Source of the DNA: an uncultured Bacteroidales bacterium
GTDB lineage: Bacteria; Bacteroidota; Bacteroidia; Bacteroidales; VadinHA17
Reading direction: 5' to 3'
NCBI GenBank assembly: GCA_963831935.1
Contig: CAWHSH010000001.1
Coordinates: forward strand, 672,378 to 736,377
Length of the DNA stretch: 64,000 nucleotides
Positions 52,390-62,627 of this stretch are shown here, piece after piece. Under the pieces are notes generated by a model that saw nothing but the letters and a program-made list of their open reading frames with translations, did not search any database and had not been told where the DNA came from. Both the position numbers and the translations under genes were made by a program. Every line of letters begins with the position of its first letter. Positions within the stretch are counted from its first letter, which is position 1.

Positions 52390-52483
52390 TTTTTATCAGA
52401 ATTATATGTACAAACATAATAACTCACAAATATAAAAACTATTGCAAGGAAAAATGAAATGTTAGCCTTTCATTTGATGAAAT

Positions 52484-52598
52484 ACTCCTCTCCCGATAAA
52501 CCGGGATCTCCCCTGAAAAGGAGAAAATTAGTAATTTCTATTTGAATGACAATTATTTATAGAGAGTTTTTCCCCTTTCAGGGGGAATTAGAAGGGGT
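52484..52598. repeat. REP-like CCCC/GGGG palindrome with inserted CCCGATAAACCGGGA mini-hairpin
   Basis: CTCCCCTGAAAAGGAG ... TCCCCTTTCAGGGGGAATTAGAAGGGG. Confidence 0.55.
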
Positions 52599-52618
52599 GC
52601 TTATTACAGGACAAGAGG

Positions 52619-53617
52619 CTATACCGGGTCATACGCCCACTTTACGTAGACTGAACCCCATGTAAATCCGCCGCCGAAAGCTGCCAGGATAAGTTTGTCG
52701 CCTTTTTTGAGTTTTTTTTCATATTCCCACAAACAAAGTGGAATAGTGGCAGTTGTGGTATTCCCGAAATGCTCGATGTTTATCATCACCTTTTCAGGAG
52801 GAAGTCCCATTCTTCTTCCGGTGGCATCGATGATCCTCAGGTTTGCCTGATGCGGTACAAGCCAGGCTATATCTTCAGACTTAAGGTTATTGTGTTCCAT
52901 TATCTCAGCTGCAACATCAGCCATATTTACCACAGCAAATTTAAAAACGCTCTGTCCCTCCTGGTAAATAAAGTGCTCATGCGCATCAACTGTCTCATGA
53001 GAGGCTGGTTTAACTGATCCGCCAGCCTTCAGGTGCAGAAATTTCCTTCCGGCACCGTCGGTATGAAAAATGTAATCCATCACACCATAATCTTCAGTGG
53101 TTGGTTCAAGGAGCACTGCTCCGGCCGCATCCCCGAAAAGAGGACAGGTAGTCCGGTCGGTATAATCGGTTATTGAAGACATTTTGTCAGCACCTACGAT
53201 TATCACTTTTTTATATTTTCCGGTTTCGATATATGCGGAACCCGTCTGTAAAGCAAACAGGAAGCCAGAACAGGCGGCGTTAAGATCAAAACTGAAAGCG
53301 TTTTTAATCCCAACTTTGTCGGAAATTATGTTTGCAGTAGCAGGAAAGGCCATATCGGGTGTGACGGTGGCACAGATCAGAAGGTCGATATCGTCAGGGG
53401 AGGTATTTGTCTTTTCAAGTAGTCCTTTTACGGCTTTCTCTCCGAGATCTGAACTTCCAAGACCCTCTTCTTTAAGAATTCTTCTCTCCCTGATTCCGAC
53501 TCTTTGCATGATCCACTCATCGGATGTATCAACCATTCTTGAAAGTTCCTGGTTGGTGAGCCTGTATTCCGGGACCCAGGCATGGATCCCTGTAATTGCA
53601 GCTCTTACTTTTCCCAT
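52619..53617 (-). CDS. fabH: 3-oxoacyl-ACP synthase III
   Basis: [26 protein letters not shown]. Confidence 0.95.
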   Translation of the reverse strand: MGKVRAAITGIHAWVPEYRLTNQELSRMVDTSDEWIMQRVGIRERRILKEEGLGSSDLGEKAVKGLLEKTNTSPDDIDLLICATVTPDMAFPATANIISDKVGIKNAFSFDLNAACSGFLFALQTGSAYIETGKYKKVIIVGADKMSSITDYTDRTTCPLFGDAAGAVLLEPTTEDYGVMDYIFHTDGAGRKFLHLKAGGSVKPASHETVDAHEHFIYQEGQSVFKFAVVNMADVAAEIMEHNNLKSEDIAWLVPHQANLRIIDATGRRMGLPPEKVMINIEHFGNTTTATIPLCLWEYEKKLKKGDKLILAAFGGGFTWGSVYVKWAYDPV

Positions 53618-53619
53618 AG

Positions 53620-54558
53620 TTAAATAGCTTCAATAATCCTCTGTGCCAGGTTGGCATGAACCACTGCCCTGGTCTGAAGGATCATATTCATTATTGCTTT
53701 TCTTTTTGAAATGCCATGTCCGATAACTACGTTGGCATTAATTCCTACTATTGGGGTTCCGCCAATATTTTCAAAATTAAAACGGTCAAAAAAGGAATCA
53801 GATATATTTCTTTTCTTAAGAAGAAAATACAATGCTTCAGCTTGTTTTAAAACCACATTACCGACGAAACCATCGCAGACGACCACATCAGTCATATTCT
53901 CGTGGAACAGAGCATGCCCTTCAATATTTCCAATAAAATTAAGGCCAGGGTGCTCCTTCATTAATTCAAATGCAGCTTTAACGGCAGGAGTTCCCTTTGT
54001 TTCTTCTTCTCCAATATTCAATAATCCAACAGTAGGATTTTCTCTCATGAGAACGAACTTTGCAAAAAGGCTCCCCAGTATCCCATACTGCATCAGAACA
54101 TCAGGTTTACAATCAGGATTCAGTCCCACATCAAGGATCACAGAATCGCGACCATCGATACAAGGCAGGATTGTTGCAAGAGCAGGTCTGAAAACTCCCG
54201 GAATAACATTTACGGTATAACTGGCACCAACGAGCATGGCTCCTGTATTGCCTGCACTGCAGAATCCATCCAGGGTGCATTTTTTAAGCATCTCGTAACC
54301 AACAGCAATGCTTGAGTCTTTCTTCTGAGGATAGGCTTTGGCAGGATGATCGGCCATGTCAATTACCTGTGAGGTAGGAATAATCTCAAATGATGAGGGG
54401 CTGGTTTTCATTTCTTCCAGCTTCCGCAGAATTGATGCTTTATCTCCCAGCAGGCAAAGAGATTCATCAGCAGATAAATGCTTCAGGGAATCAACGGCAC
54501 CTTCGATAATCGCGTCAGGTGCAAAATCACCACCCATAACATCAATGCCAATTTTCAT
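53620..54558 (-). CDS. plsX: Phosphate acyltransferase
   Basis: [31 protein letters not shown]. Confidence 0.95.
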   Translation of the reverse strand: MKIGIDVMGGDFAPDAIIEGAVDSLKHLSADESLCLLGDKASILRKLEEMKTSPSSFEIIPTSQVIDMADHPAKAYPQKKDSSIAVGYEMLKKCTLDGFCSAGNTGAMLVGASYTVNVIPGVFRPALATILPCIDGRDSVILDVGLNPDCKPDVLMQYGILGSLFAKFVLMRENPTVGLLNIGEEETKGTPAVKAAFELMKEHPGLNFIGNIEGHALFHENMTDVVVCDGFVGNVVLKQAEALYFLLKKRNISDSFFDRFNFENIGGTPIVGINANVVIGHGISKRKAIMNMILQTRAVVHANLAQRIIEAI

Positions 54559-54674
54559 CTGTTTATAATTCGTTTTTTAATGGTCAGATGGAATATCCAT
54601 GAATAATCATGTCGGTTTGTGATTTTACTTTTTAATCATGGATATTTCATTGTATTACAATTAGTTTAAGAAAA

Positions 54675-54860
54675 TCAGGCAGTTGCCTTCTTCTCAACGG
54701 CAAGCTTGCCTCTGTAATACCCGCATTCGGGACATACCCTGTGGTACTGGACTGAAGATCCGCAGTTTGAGCAGGTTCCCAGAGTGGGTGCTGTGGCTTT
54801 ATAATGAGTTCTGCGCTTATCTCTTCTCGTCTTAGAATGTTTGTGCTTGGGATGTGCCAT
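54675..54860 (-). CDS. rpmF: 50S ribosomal protein L32
   Basis: MAHPKHK.SKTRRDKRR, CxxC..CxxC, GYYRG. Confidence 0.95.
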   Translation of the reverse strand: MAHPKHKHSKTRRDKRRTHYKATAPTLGTCSNCGSSVQYHRVCPECGYYRGKLAVEKKATA

Positions 54861-54871
54861 TTTATTTCAAT

Positions 54872-55393
54872 TTAATTGTCGTTAATAAGCTTTTTCAATT
54901 CGTCCCATCTTGGATCACTTTTAACTTCCTCCTCAACCAGGAATTCCTTCAGTTTCCGCAGCATTGACGGTTCACATGTGCTTTCACCTTTTGCATCATC
55001 GGGATGTATTCTCTGAATTGGCAGGGCAAGATAAATATATTCATAAAAATACTGCTTCAGATCCAGCTCATATTCGTCATACGGAAGCGTTATTATTTCA
55101 GGATCGCTTTCATCTTTTTCAGAGCCGAAATTCACCAGAAGCTTGTTTTCACATTCTACCGGATGATCAAACATCTCAAGGCATCTGTCGCAGCATACTC
55201 TGACTTTACCGGAGATCTTCACTTCAAGGTCAATGTGAGAAGGTCTCCTTTCAATCTCTGTAACTGCAAAAAGTTCACCCTCCTTTAATTCCGACTCTTC
55301 AAACAGGTCAAAAAACGTTTTGCTAATCTCAAATTCAAAGGTATAATGTCCTTCTTTCAAACCACCGATCGGTATGGAAAATAATCCGGACAT
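54872..55393 (-). CDS. yceD: DUF177/YceD-family protein
   Basis: CDRCL, DPRWDELKK; upstream of rpmF; start ATG 55393. Confidence 0.88.
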   Translation of the reverse strand: MSGLFSIPIGGLKEGHYTFEFEISKTFFDLFEESELKEGELFAVTEIERRPSHIDLEVKISGKVRVCCDRCLEMFDHPVECENKLLVNFGSEKDESDPEIITLPYDEYELDLKQYFYEYIYLALPIQRIHPDDAKGESTCEPSMLRKLKEFLVEEEVKSDPRWDELKKLINDN

Positions 55394-55572
55394 CTCTTTA
55401 AATTTTGGTTTGCAAAAATATGAATCCTTCTCCAATTAAAAAAATTATCAACAAAAAAGTAACACGACTTACCGAAAAAGTCTGTCTGCCGGTCTATTAC
55501 TGCAGTTTACCGATTTGCTTTGCCTTGATACTAAACAGAGGTGTATTTTTGAATCAGAATAAAAAAGCAATT

Positions 55573-55944
55573 ATGATGAAAAACAGGGATCAAATATTGC
55601 ACAAGCACAGGGAGCATCACCCACAGGTTAGCATAGGGTTATTCTTTATCGTTCTCGGACTTGCACTTCTTGTTGCAACAAATGACATGCTGAATCTTGG
55701 CAATGTAAAGGATTACTTTACCTGGGAAACAGCCATGATTTTTATAGGAGTGCTGCTGCTTTTAAATCTTCATTTTACCGGAGGTTTACTGATGATCGCA
55801 CTTGGTGCATGGTTTCTCATTGACCACATGGATTATGAATTGCCTCAAATCATAAAAACCATCTACTGGCCTTCCGTTATAATTCTGGTTGGTCTCGGTT
55901 TTATAATTTCATCGCTATTCAAGCGGAAAAGAACAGACAATTAA
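55573..55944 (+). CDS. LiaF-like (DUF5668) 4-TM membrane protein
   Basis: GLFFIVLG, YFTWE, YWPSVIILVG. Confidence 0.7.
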   Translation: MMKNRDQILHKHREHHPQVSIGLFFIVLGLALLVATNDMLNLGNVKDYFTWETAMIFIGVLLLLNLHFTGGLLMIALGAWFLIDHMDYELPQIIKTIYWPSVIILVGLGFIISSLFKRKRTDN

Positions 55945-55968
55945 TTTAAAACTAATAAATTTACAGCA

Positions 55969-56739
55969 ATGGAAACGAAAGAAGAATACAGAGATGAGCG
56001 GCAACGTCTGAGAGAAGAACGCCGTCAGATAAGGCAGGATCACCCGCATCTTACAAACAACAGGGTTCTGATCGGTGTTATACTTGTCATCGCAGGATTA
56101 TTCCTTGTGATAAGGAATACCGGATTTTTCCCGGAATTTATTGATAATGTGATTTTCAGCTGGCCAATGCTCCTGGTGGGAATCGGACTGATTATGACAA
56201 TAGGAGCTTCTGAAAAGACCGCCGGAGTCATTATTATGGCAGTGGGGGGATTTTTTATGATCCCGCTGATTTTCCGTGAAACATTCCATATGTACAACAT
56301 GTTCTGGCCTTCAATATTCATTATTGTAGGAATAATTTTCATACTGACAAAACGCCGTGGATGGAATGCAGGGGTTTCCAAAGGGATAGCCGGGGATGAT
56401 TATATTGATTATGTGAATGTGTTTAGCGGAGGTGAACGCCAGATAGTATCGCAGAATTTTCAGGGCGGCAAAATTTCAGCTGTGTTTGGCGGCATTGAAC
56501 TTGACCTCACAAAGGCAAAACTTGCTACAGGGGTTTCCGTACTCGAAATTGCCTGCGTTTTCGGAGGAGCTACCTTAATTGTACCCGACGAATGGTATAT
56601 CACAATTGAAGTGACTCCTGTGCTGGGCGGATTTACTGATTCACGCAAGCTTACCCCCGGAAGGACGGTTGATTCAACAAAACATCTGATCATTAAGGGA
56701 GCTGTAGTCTTCGGGGGAGGGGAAGTAAAAAGCTATTGA
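55969..56739 (+). CDS. LiaF-type TM domain + DUF2154-like C-terminal domain protein
   Basis: SWPMLL, FWPSI; VFSG, AVFGGIELDL, FGGA, FGGGEVKSY. Confidence 0.8.
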   Translation: METKEEYRDERQRLREERRQIRQDHPHLTNNRVLIGVILVIAGLFLVIRNTGFFPEFIDNVIFSWPMLLVGIGLIMTIGASEKTAGVIIMAVGGFFMIPLIFRETFHMYNMFWPSIFIIVGIIFILTKRRGWNAGVSKGIAGDDYIDYVNVFSGGERQIVSQNFQGGKISAVFGGIELDLTKAKLATGVSVLEIACVFGGATLIVPDEWYITIEVTPVLGGFTDSRKLTPGRTVDSTKHLIIKGAVVFGGGEVKSY

Positions 56740-56749
56740 TCACCTCTGA

Positions 56750-57802
56750 ATGAAACATCCCGTACTTTCAAACAATGCAAGACTGATAGTTTGGTGGCTG
56801 GTCTGGCTCTTTATAACGCTGGGCCAGCAGTTGTTGTATTTCTATGCATACGGAAGCTTTACAACATCAGCCATTCCTGACGGAATAGTTTCCCTTGCAA
56901 TATATTCCGGGATTGGCCTTTCACTATGGTATCCTTTTAAATATATCAACTCGGGGGAAACCAAAATCACTGCTGTCATTGCCGATCTGGTTATAAGCGG
57001 TGCATTCTCGGTCACACTCTGGATCCTGATTAACAAATATCTGGCTCTGGCTATCCTTCCCAAGGGAAATGACTATCTGGCTTACTGGGAAGCCACTTTT
57101 CCATACAGGGTTGGTACCGGAGTTTTTATCTATGGGCTTATTGTCCTTGCCTACTATCTCTTTGTAAGCCTTCACAACCTCTCAGAAAAAAATACAAAGG
57201 AGGCTCGTCTCGAGAGCCTTGTAAAGGAGACAGAGCTCAAAATGCTCAGATCACAGATCAATCCGCATTTTCTTTTCAACAGTCTGAATTCAATAAGTTC
57301 ACTTACAATAACTGATCCGGAAAAAGCAAGGGAAATGGTAATAAAGCTGTCGGAATTCATGAGATATGCGCTATCGAAAAAAGATGAACAACCTGTATCT
57401 TTAAGGAGTGAACTTGAGAACCTCCGGCTCTATCTCGAAATTGAAAAAGTGAGGTTTGGCGATCGATTATCCACAGAGGAGCAAATCGAAGAAAACTGCC
57501 TTGAAATAAAGATGCCTGTAATGATCTTGCAGCCGCTTTACGAAAATGCAATTAAACACGGCGTTTACCAAAGCACTGAAGTAGTAAACATAAAAACAAA
57601 GATTTCCTGCAAGGACGGGTTCCTCGAAATATCAATAAGTAACAACTACGATCTGACACCTTCATCAGCAAAAGGAACAGGTACCGGTGTGCTGAATGTT
57701 TCCAGAAGGCTTAATCTGGTCTATGGTAATAAAGCTTCAATAAAAACTATTAAAGAAAACGGTATATATTCCGTATCACTTTTTATCCCCGCTGAAGTAT
57801 AA
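56750..57802 (+). CDS. LytS-type (His_kinase) sensor kinase
   Basis: QINPHFLFNSLN, LQPLYENAIKHG, TGTGVLN. Confidence 0.92.
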   Translation: MKHPVLSNNARLIVWWLVWLFITLGQQLLYFYAYGSFTTSAIPDGIVSLAIYSGIGLSLWYPFKYINSGETKITAVIADLVISGAFSVTLWILINKYLALAILPKGNDYLAYWEATFPYRVGTGVFIYGLIVLAYYLFVSLHNLSEKNTKEARLESLVKETELKMLRSQINPHFLFNSLNSISSLTITDPEKAREMVIKLSEFMRYALSKKDEQPVSLRSELENLRLYLEIEKVRFGDRLSTEEQIEENCLEIKMPVMILQPLYENAIKHGVYQSTEVVNIKTKISCKDGFLEISISNNYDLTPSSAKGTGTGVLNVSRRLNLVYGNKASIKTIKENGIYSVSLFIPAEV

Positions 57803-57848
57803 AAACCGGAGAAATAAAATAAATTTGTTTATGATTTTTATTTTAATT

Positions 57849-57941
57849 CCCCGCAGATTTTGCAGACCTGTTTGCCAATAGGCAGGGTAGACAGGTCATC
57901 CCGGAATAAAATCCGGGCAAATCAGCGGGATCGAGGGAAAT
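57849..57941. repeat. CCGCAGATT-type REP-like palindrome with nested mini-hairpins
   Basis: CCCGCAGATTTTGCAGA arm; CCTGTTTGCCAATAGGCAGG and CCCGGAATAAAATCCGGG inserts; AATCAGCGGG arm. Confidence 0.5.
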
Positions 57942-57950
57942 AGTGCAAAA

Positions 57951-58703
57951 ATGGAAAAGATCAGAACTGTTATAATTGAAGATGAGGCCCCGGCAAGGGA
58001 AATAATAAAATATTATTTAAAGGAACTTGATTCCGTTGAAGTGATTGCAGAGTGCGGGGACGGCTTCTCAGGGCTGAAGACAATTTCACAGATGAAGCCC
58101 GACCTGGTATTCCTTGATATCCAGATGCCAAGACTGACAGGAATTGAGATGCTGGAGGTTCTTACCGAAAAACCTGAGATAATCTTTACAACCGCATATG
58201 ATCAGTTTGCTTTAAGAGCGTTTGAGCTTAATGCTGTTGACTATCTGCTAAAACCTTTTCCAAAGAGACGGTTCCTGGAGGCAGTTAAAAAAGCTATCGA
58301 TAAGATCGAGTCAGGGACCGGAAATCAGATCCCGGCAAATCAGATCCTGGCAAATAAGCCTGAACCCGTTTCCCCGGTCAACAGGGTTGTTGTACGCAAA
58401 GGAAATGCCATCAATCTGATTCCTGTTGATCAGATAAGGTACGTTGAAGCCCAGGATGATTATGTTATGATCTACCATGCAGGAGGAAAAGCACTAAAAC
58501 AACAAACAATGAAGTTTTATGAAGATAATCTGTCAAAAACGGATTTTGTTAGAATACACAGATCCTATATTGTCAGGATCGAGGAAATAAAGCGGATCGA
58601 GCCATACGGAAAAGATAATCATGTAGCCATTCTTCAAACCGGTGATAAGCTTCCTGTAAGCCGTGCCGGATACAAGAATCTTAAGGAGGAGCTTGATTTC
58701 TGA
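57951..58703 (+). CDS. LytTR-family response regulator
   Basis: FLDIQMP, TAYDQFA, DYLLKP, FVRIHRSYIV, PVSR. Confidence 0.93.
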   Translation: MEKIRTVIIEDEAPAREIIKYYLKELDSVEVIAECGDGFSGLKTISQMKPDLVFLDIQMPRLTGIEMLEVLTEKPEIIFTTAYDQFALRAFELNAVDYLLKPFPKRRFLEAVKKAIDKIESGTGNQIPANQILANKPEPVSPVNRVVVRKGNAINLIPVDQIRYVEAQDDYVMIYHAGGKALKQQTMKFYEDNLSKTDFVRIHRSYIVRIEEIKRIEPYGKDNHVAILQTGDKLPVSRAGYKNLKEELDF

Positions 58704-58712
58704 AACCTTTAC

Positions 58713-58784
58713 GCCCCTAAATCCCTTAAAGGGGACAGATTTTGTATCAGTTTGTTTTTAAGCCCCCTTTAGGGGATTGGGGGC
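58713..58784. repeat. REP-like CCCC/GGGG palindrome between convergent genes
   Basis: GCCCCTAAATCCCTTAAAGGGG ... CCCCCTTTAGGGGATTGGGGGC. Confidence 0.6.
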
Positions 58785-58793
58785 AGACCTAAG

Positions 58794-59102
58794 TTAACTC
58801 TTCAGTCGGCTTTCTCTCTTATTCCTCTGAAACAAAGTTGAAAGCCGACAGTAACGTTTAATCCAAAAAAGCGGAACCGGATCATATCCATGTGTGCCAC
58901 CCGGACGGCATCGTAAAATTCTGTTAACTGCAATCAGGGATCCTCTGAAAGGGCCATGGATTTTAAGTGCATCAAGTGCATATTGGGAACATGATGGCAC
59001 ATGACGGCATGATGGCCTAAGAAAGGGTGAAATGGCATACCTGTAGAACTGTACAGGTATTGAAAAAAGAGTAATCAGTATGTTCCTGAATGGATTGGCC
59101 AT
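58794..59102 (-). CDS. yidD: Membrane protein insertion efficiency factor
   Basis: CRHVPSCSQY..ALKIHG, RILRCRP, GYDPVP. Confidence 0.9.
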   Translation of the reverse strand: MANPFRNILITLFSIPVQFYRYAISPFLRPSCRHVPSCSQYALDALKIHGPFRGSLIAVNRILRCRPGGTHGYDPVPLFWIKRYCRLSTLFQRNKRESRLKS

Positions 59103-59254
59103 TCGACAAAGATAACAAATGACCTGTTTCGACTGTTTGATTAGGTTTTAAATGATTAATTTTGTATTCTGTGACAAAATGACCTGTTCAGCAAAAGAAA
59201 TTGCATCTGGCAGATATTTTGCAGAGTCTTTAAAAATTAAAATTTAGGATAAAA

Positions 59255-59956
59255 ATGAATATTCAACATGCAAACCTTAATATCTGGCTGATCTTCATTG
59301 TATTCATGATACTTAGCTGGATTGTAAGCTCAATTTTAAAATCAAAATTCACCAAATACTCAAAGATCCCTGTCGATAATGGTATGTCGGGAAAGGATAT
59401 TGCCGAAAAAATGCTCAGGGATAATGGTATTTACGATGTGAAAGTCCAGAGTGTCCAGGGACAGCTGACCGACCATTATAATCCCGGGAATAAAACAATA
59501 AATCTCAGCCAGGAAGTATATAACAGCAGGAGCATTGCTGCTGCCGCTGTTGCGGCGCATGAGACAGGACATGCTGTTCAGCATGCCACTGCCTATGCCT
59601 GGCTCGGATTCAGGTCAAAACTTGTACCTCCCGTAAGCTTTGCTTCCAAATGGGTGCAATGGATCCTTCTTATTGGCATACTTGTGGTAAATACATTTCC
59701 GGCCCTCCTGCTGGCAGGTATCGTCCTGTTCGGACTTACAACCCTTTTCAGCTTCATCACGCTTCCGGTTGAAATCAACGCCAGCCAGAGAGCCCTTGCA
59801 TGGCTGTCAAATTCCGGCATTACCTCGTCAATGACTCAGGACAAAGCACAGGATGCACTGAAATGGGCTGCATACACTTATGTTGTGGCTGCGCTCGGAT
59901 CGCTTGCAACATTGCTGTACTATATCATGATCTTTACCGGAGGAAGAAGGAACTGA
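59255..59956 (+). CDS. YugP-like zinc metallopeptidase
   Basis: LTDHYNP, AAHETGHAVQ, TLPVEINAS.RA, AAYTY. Confidence 0.92.
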   Translation: MNIQHANLNIWLIFIVFMILSWIVSSILKSKFTKYSKIPVDNGMSGKDIAEKMLRDNGIYDVKVQSVQGQLTDHYNPGNKTINLSQEVYNSRSIAAAAVAAHETGHAVQHATAYAWLGFRSKLVPPVSFASKWVQWILLIGILVVNTFPALLLAGIVLFGLTTLFSFITLPVEINASQRALAWLSNSGITSSMTQDKAQDALKWAAYTYVVAALGSLATLLYYIMIFTGGRRN

Positions 59957-59964
59957 GATAACTA

Positions 59965-60702
59965 TTATCTGCCTGAGACCTCAAGCCAGTTGGTCTTTTT
60001 GTAGATGATTCTGATGACCAGCCAGATGACACCGGCAGGAATGGAAATATAGATCCACATCGGAGTAAGGAATATTCTTTCCGACAGGTAATAATTCCTG
60101 AACAGATCGAGAATCGTAAAAATCAGGAAAACATTGATAAAACTGTTGTACTCCCTGTTCAGTACATTTTTAAAGGAAAAGGGAAGTGATGGTTTGATAT
60201 ATCCTTTGAACCGGGGAATGAAAGCTTTTACATTTTCTGACCATTTGTCATATATATCCCCGAACTTATTTCGCAGATACTGCTCTTCAGCAAACATTAT
60301 CCTTTCATAATAGAGCCAGTAAACCAGAATAAAGAAAATAACAAAAACAACGGATCTGAGGAACAGCACAGGTCCGAGCCACATAAGGAAATTACCGGCA
60401 TAGAGAGGATGCCTTACAAGTGAATAAGGGCCTGTCATGTTCAGTTCATCCGCTATCTGCCCTGCCGATGTATTTCTTCCGGATGTGTTCCCCGGAGCAT
60501 AACCGACTGTATAAATCCTTATAGCTTCGCCTGCCAGGCTTACTCCGAGAAAAATAAGTTCCTTACTTAGATCAAAAAGAATTGCCTGTCTGTTGGTAAG
60601 ATACATAACTATAATGCCTGCAATGATTAAAATTACAGGAAGCCAGCTTCTTCTTTTAAACAGCCAGTTACCACTTTTTTCAAATTCATGAACCAGAGCC
60701 AT
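59965..60702 (-). CDS. Isoprenylcysteine carboxylmethyltransferase-family protein (lipid A phosphate methyltransferase LmtA-like)
   Basis: TSGRNT, GPYSLVRHPLYAGN, EEQYL. Confidence 0.75.
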   Translation of the reverse strand: MALVHEFEKSGNWLFKRRSWLPVILIIAGIIVMYLTNRQAILFDLSKELIFLGVSLAGEAIRIYTVGYAPGNTSGRNTSAGQIADELNMTGPYSLVRHPLYAGNFLMWLGPVLFLRSVVFVIFFILVYWLYYERIMFAEEQYLRNKFGDIYDKWSENVKAFIPRFKGYIKPSLPFSFKNVLNREYNSFINVFLIFTILDLFRNYYLSERIFLTPMWIYISIPAGVIWLVIRIIYKKTNWLEVSGR

Positions 60703-60745
60703 CAGACTGAGTTTTGGGTTTTGAAGGCGTAAAAGTATGAAAATT

Positions 60746-61895
60746 TCAGAAACTGTATTTCAACCTTAAGAAACCCAGGTTAATCCTTGTTCTTTCTCCG
60801 CTCATGACTGCGTCGAAATGCTGCCATATAATTGAGAAATCAAGATTCTCAGACAAGGGAGTAATCAAGCGATGGACCAGCAAAATAACCTTTAAGATCG
60901 GGGAACCACATTGAAGAGAGAGTCAGATTCAGAAGGGGAGTGACGGCCCATGTGAATTGTCCGAAAGCCGAAAATCTTGAAAAAGCGAGGTTTTTGGCTG
61001 AAAGATTTCCCGAATAAAAGCTGTTGAAATTATTCAAATCAAGCGGATTGTTGCAATACATAACCTGAATCTGGGCAATTGAATTATCTTTAAAGATCCT
61101 GTCAAAGCCAGTTGTGATGAGCACAGTACTTTCAGATCCCGGAAAATCCTCATATTGATCAAACCAGGAAGCTTCACCCCTGAATGACACACTTCCTATG
61201 GCTCCCGACCAGCCGGCTCCGATCACAATATCCTCGCTGTTCACAAGTCCGGCAAGAAACTGAATGTCATAACCCCATTTGTTAAACCTGTAAAGCCCTG
61301 CAGCGGTAACATCATTATCACTATTCACTTTAACGGCAAGCTCTGCGGCAGAGGATGAGGACGGGAAATACTGCAGTCTCACCCCATCGCTTCCCGGACG
61401 TTCAACATAATCAAAGTCAAAGAATGAATATGTATTAAAAATATCATTGGGGTTCCACACAAAGGTCTGTCCCCAGTTTATACGCTGCCTGCCCAGCGTT
61501 ATCTGGAACTTATTGTAGTGAAGATCAAGCCATAGCCGGTCGACGGTAGTATTAAAGAGAAAAGATTGCTTTTCAATGACATTCCATGACATATCCACAA
61601 TCCCTTCATCCTGCCCTATCAACCCGGTATACGATTTGCCAAGCCTTACCAGGTCACCTGTAAAAAGCCGGTTCCTTAATTCAGCGGCGAAAGTTATATT
61701 ATCGCTCAGATATCCTTTGAAATTGAGCCGGTTATGCAAAAGGTTTTCATTAAGGAAGGGCCCTGAAAGAGAATCGAACATTACGCTTTGCATCGTTGTA
61801 AGATAGCCGGTCAGGCTAACTGATTTCCTATCCTGGGGAAACAACGTTTCAGGGGATAAAAGCAAAATAATAACAACCACTAAATATTTTTTCAT
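60746..61895 (-). CDS. Outer-membrane beta-barrel-like protein, frameshift near 60850
   Basis: Signal peptide, GRQRINWG, WNPNDIF; shifted tail ends LRLKYSF* at 60746 (beta-signal). Confidence 0.7.
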
Positions 61896-61908
61896 CAGGA
61901 ATCAAATG

Positions 61909-62604
61909 TTATGAAGGAAGTTCCCTGATATCATCAGAAATTACTTTTCCGTCTTCAAGGGTGATTACGCGATGTGCCATTTTAACGACACGTGGATCGT
62001 GCGTAGAAAATATAAAAGTGATCTTCGATTCATGATTCAGCTTTTCCATTATCTCGAGAAGTGTTGTGGCGGCTTTTGAATCAAGGTTGGCAGTAGGTTC
62101 GTCGGCCAGGACGAATTTCGGTCTTGAAGCAAGTGCCCTTGCCACAGCTACTCTCTGTTGCTGTCCTCCCGAAAGTTTTGTCGGCCTGCTGTTTATCCTG
62201 TCGCCAAGGCCCACAGCCCTCAGCAACTCAAGTGTTCTTTCATCCCTCTCTTTCTCCGGCCATTTCTGAAGTGTCATTATAAACTCAACATTTTCCTTTG
62301 CTGTCAGTACAGGAATCAGGTTATATGACTGGAACACAAATCCAATATTGTTCAGTCTGAAATCAATAAGTTGCGATGATTTAAGCTTTGACAGGTTGGT
62401 GCCGGCAATAATAATCTCACCTGACGTGGGCATGTCGAGCCCGCCTATAAGGTTAAGCAGGGTGGTTTTGCCTGACCCTGACGGCCCGACTATTGCGGCG
62501 AATTCAGCCTCGACAAAGTCGAGGGTCACATCATTGACTGCATGGACCTTTACCTCGGAGGAGTTGTATATTTTATTTACATTCTTTAATTCAAGTACCT
62601 TCAT
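61909..62604 (-). CDS. ABC transporter ATP-binding protein (LolD/MacB-like)
   Basis: GPSGSGKT, LSGGQQQR, ADEPTANLD. Confidence 0.93.
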   Translation of the reverse strand: MKVLELKNVNKIYNSSEVKVHAVNDVTLDFVEAEFAAIVGPSGSGKTTLLNLIGGLDMPTSGEIIIAGTNLSKLKSSQLIDFRLNNIGFVFQSYNLIPVLTAKENVEFIMTLQKWPEKERDERTLELLRAVGLGDRINSRPTKLSGGQQQRVAVARALASRPKFVLADEPTANLDSKAATTLLEIMEKLNHESKITFIFSTHDPRVVKMAHRVITLEDGKVISDDIRELPS

Positions 62605-62627
62605 GACTTCCCAGTTTAAATATTATT

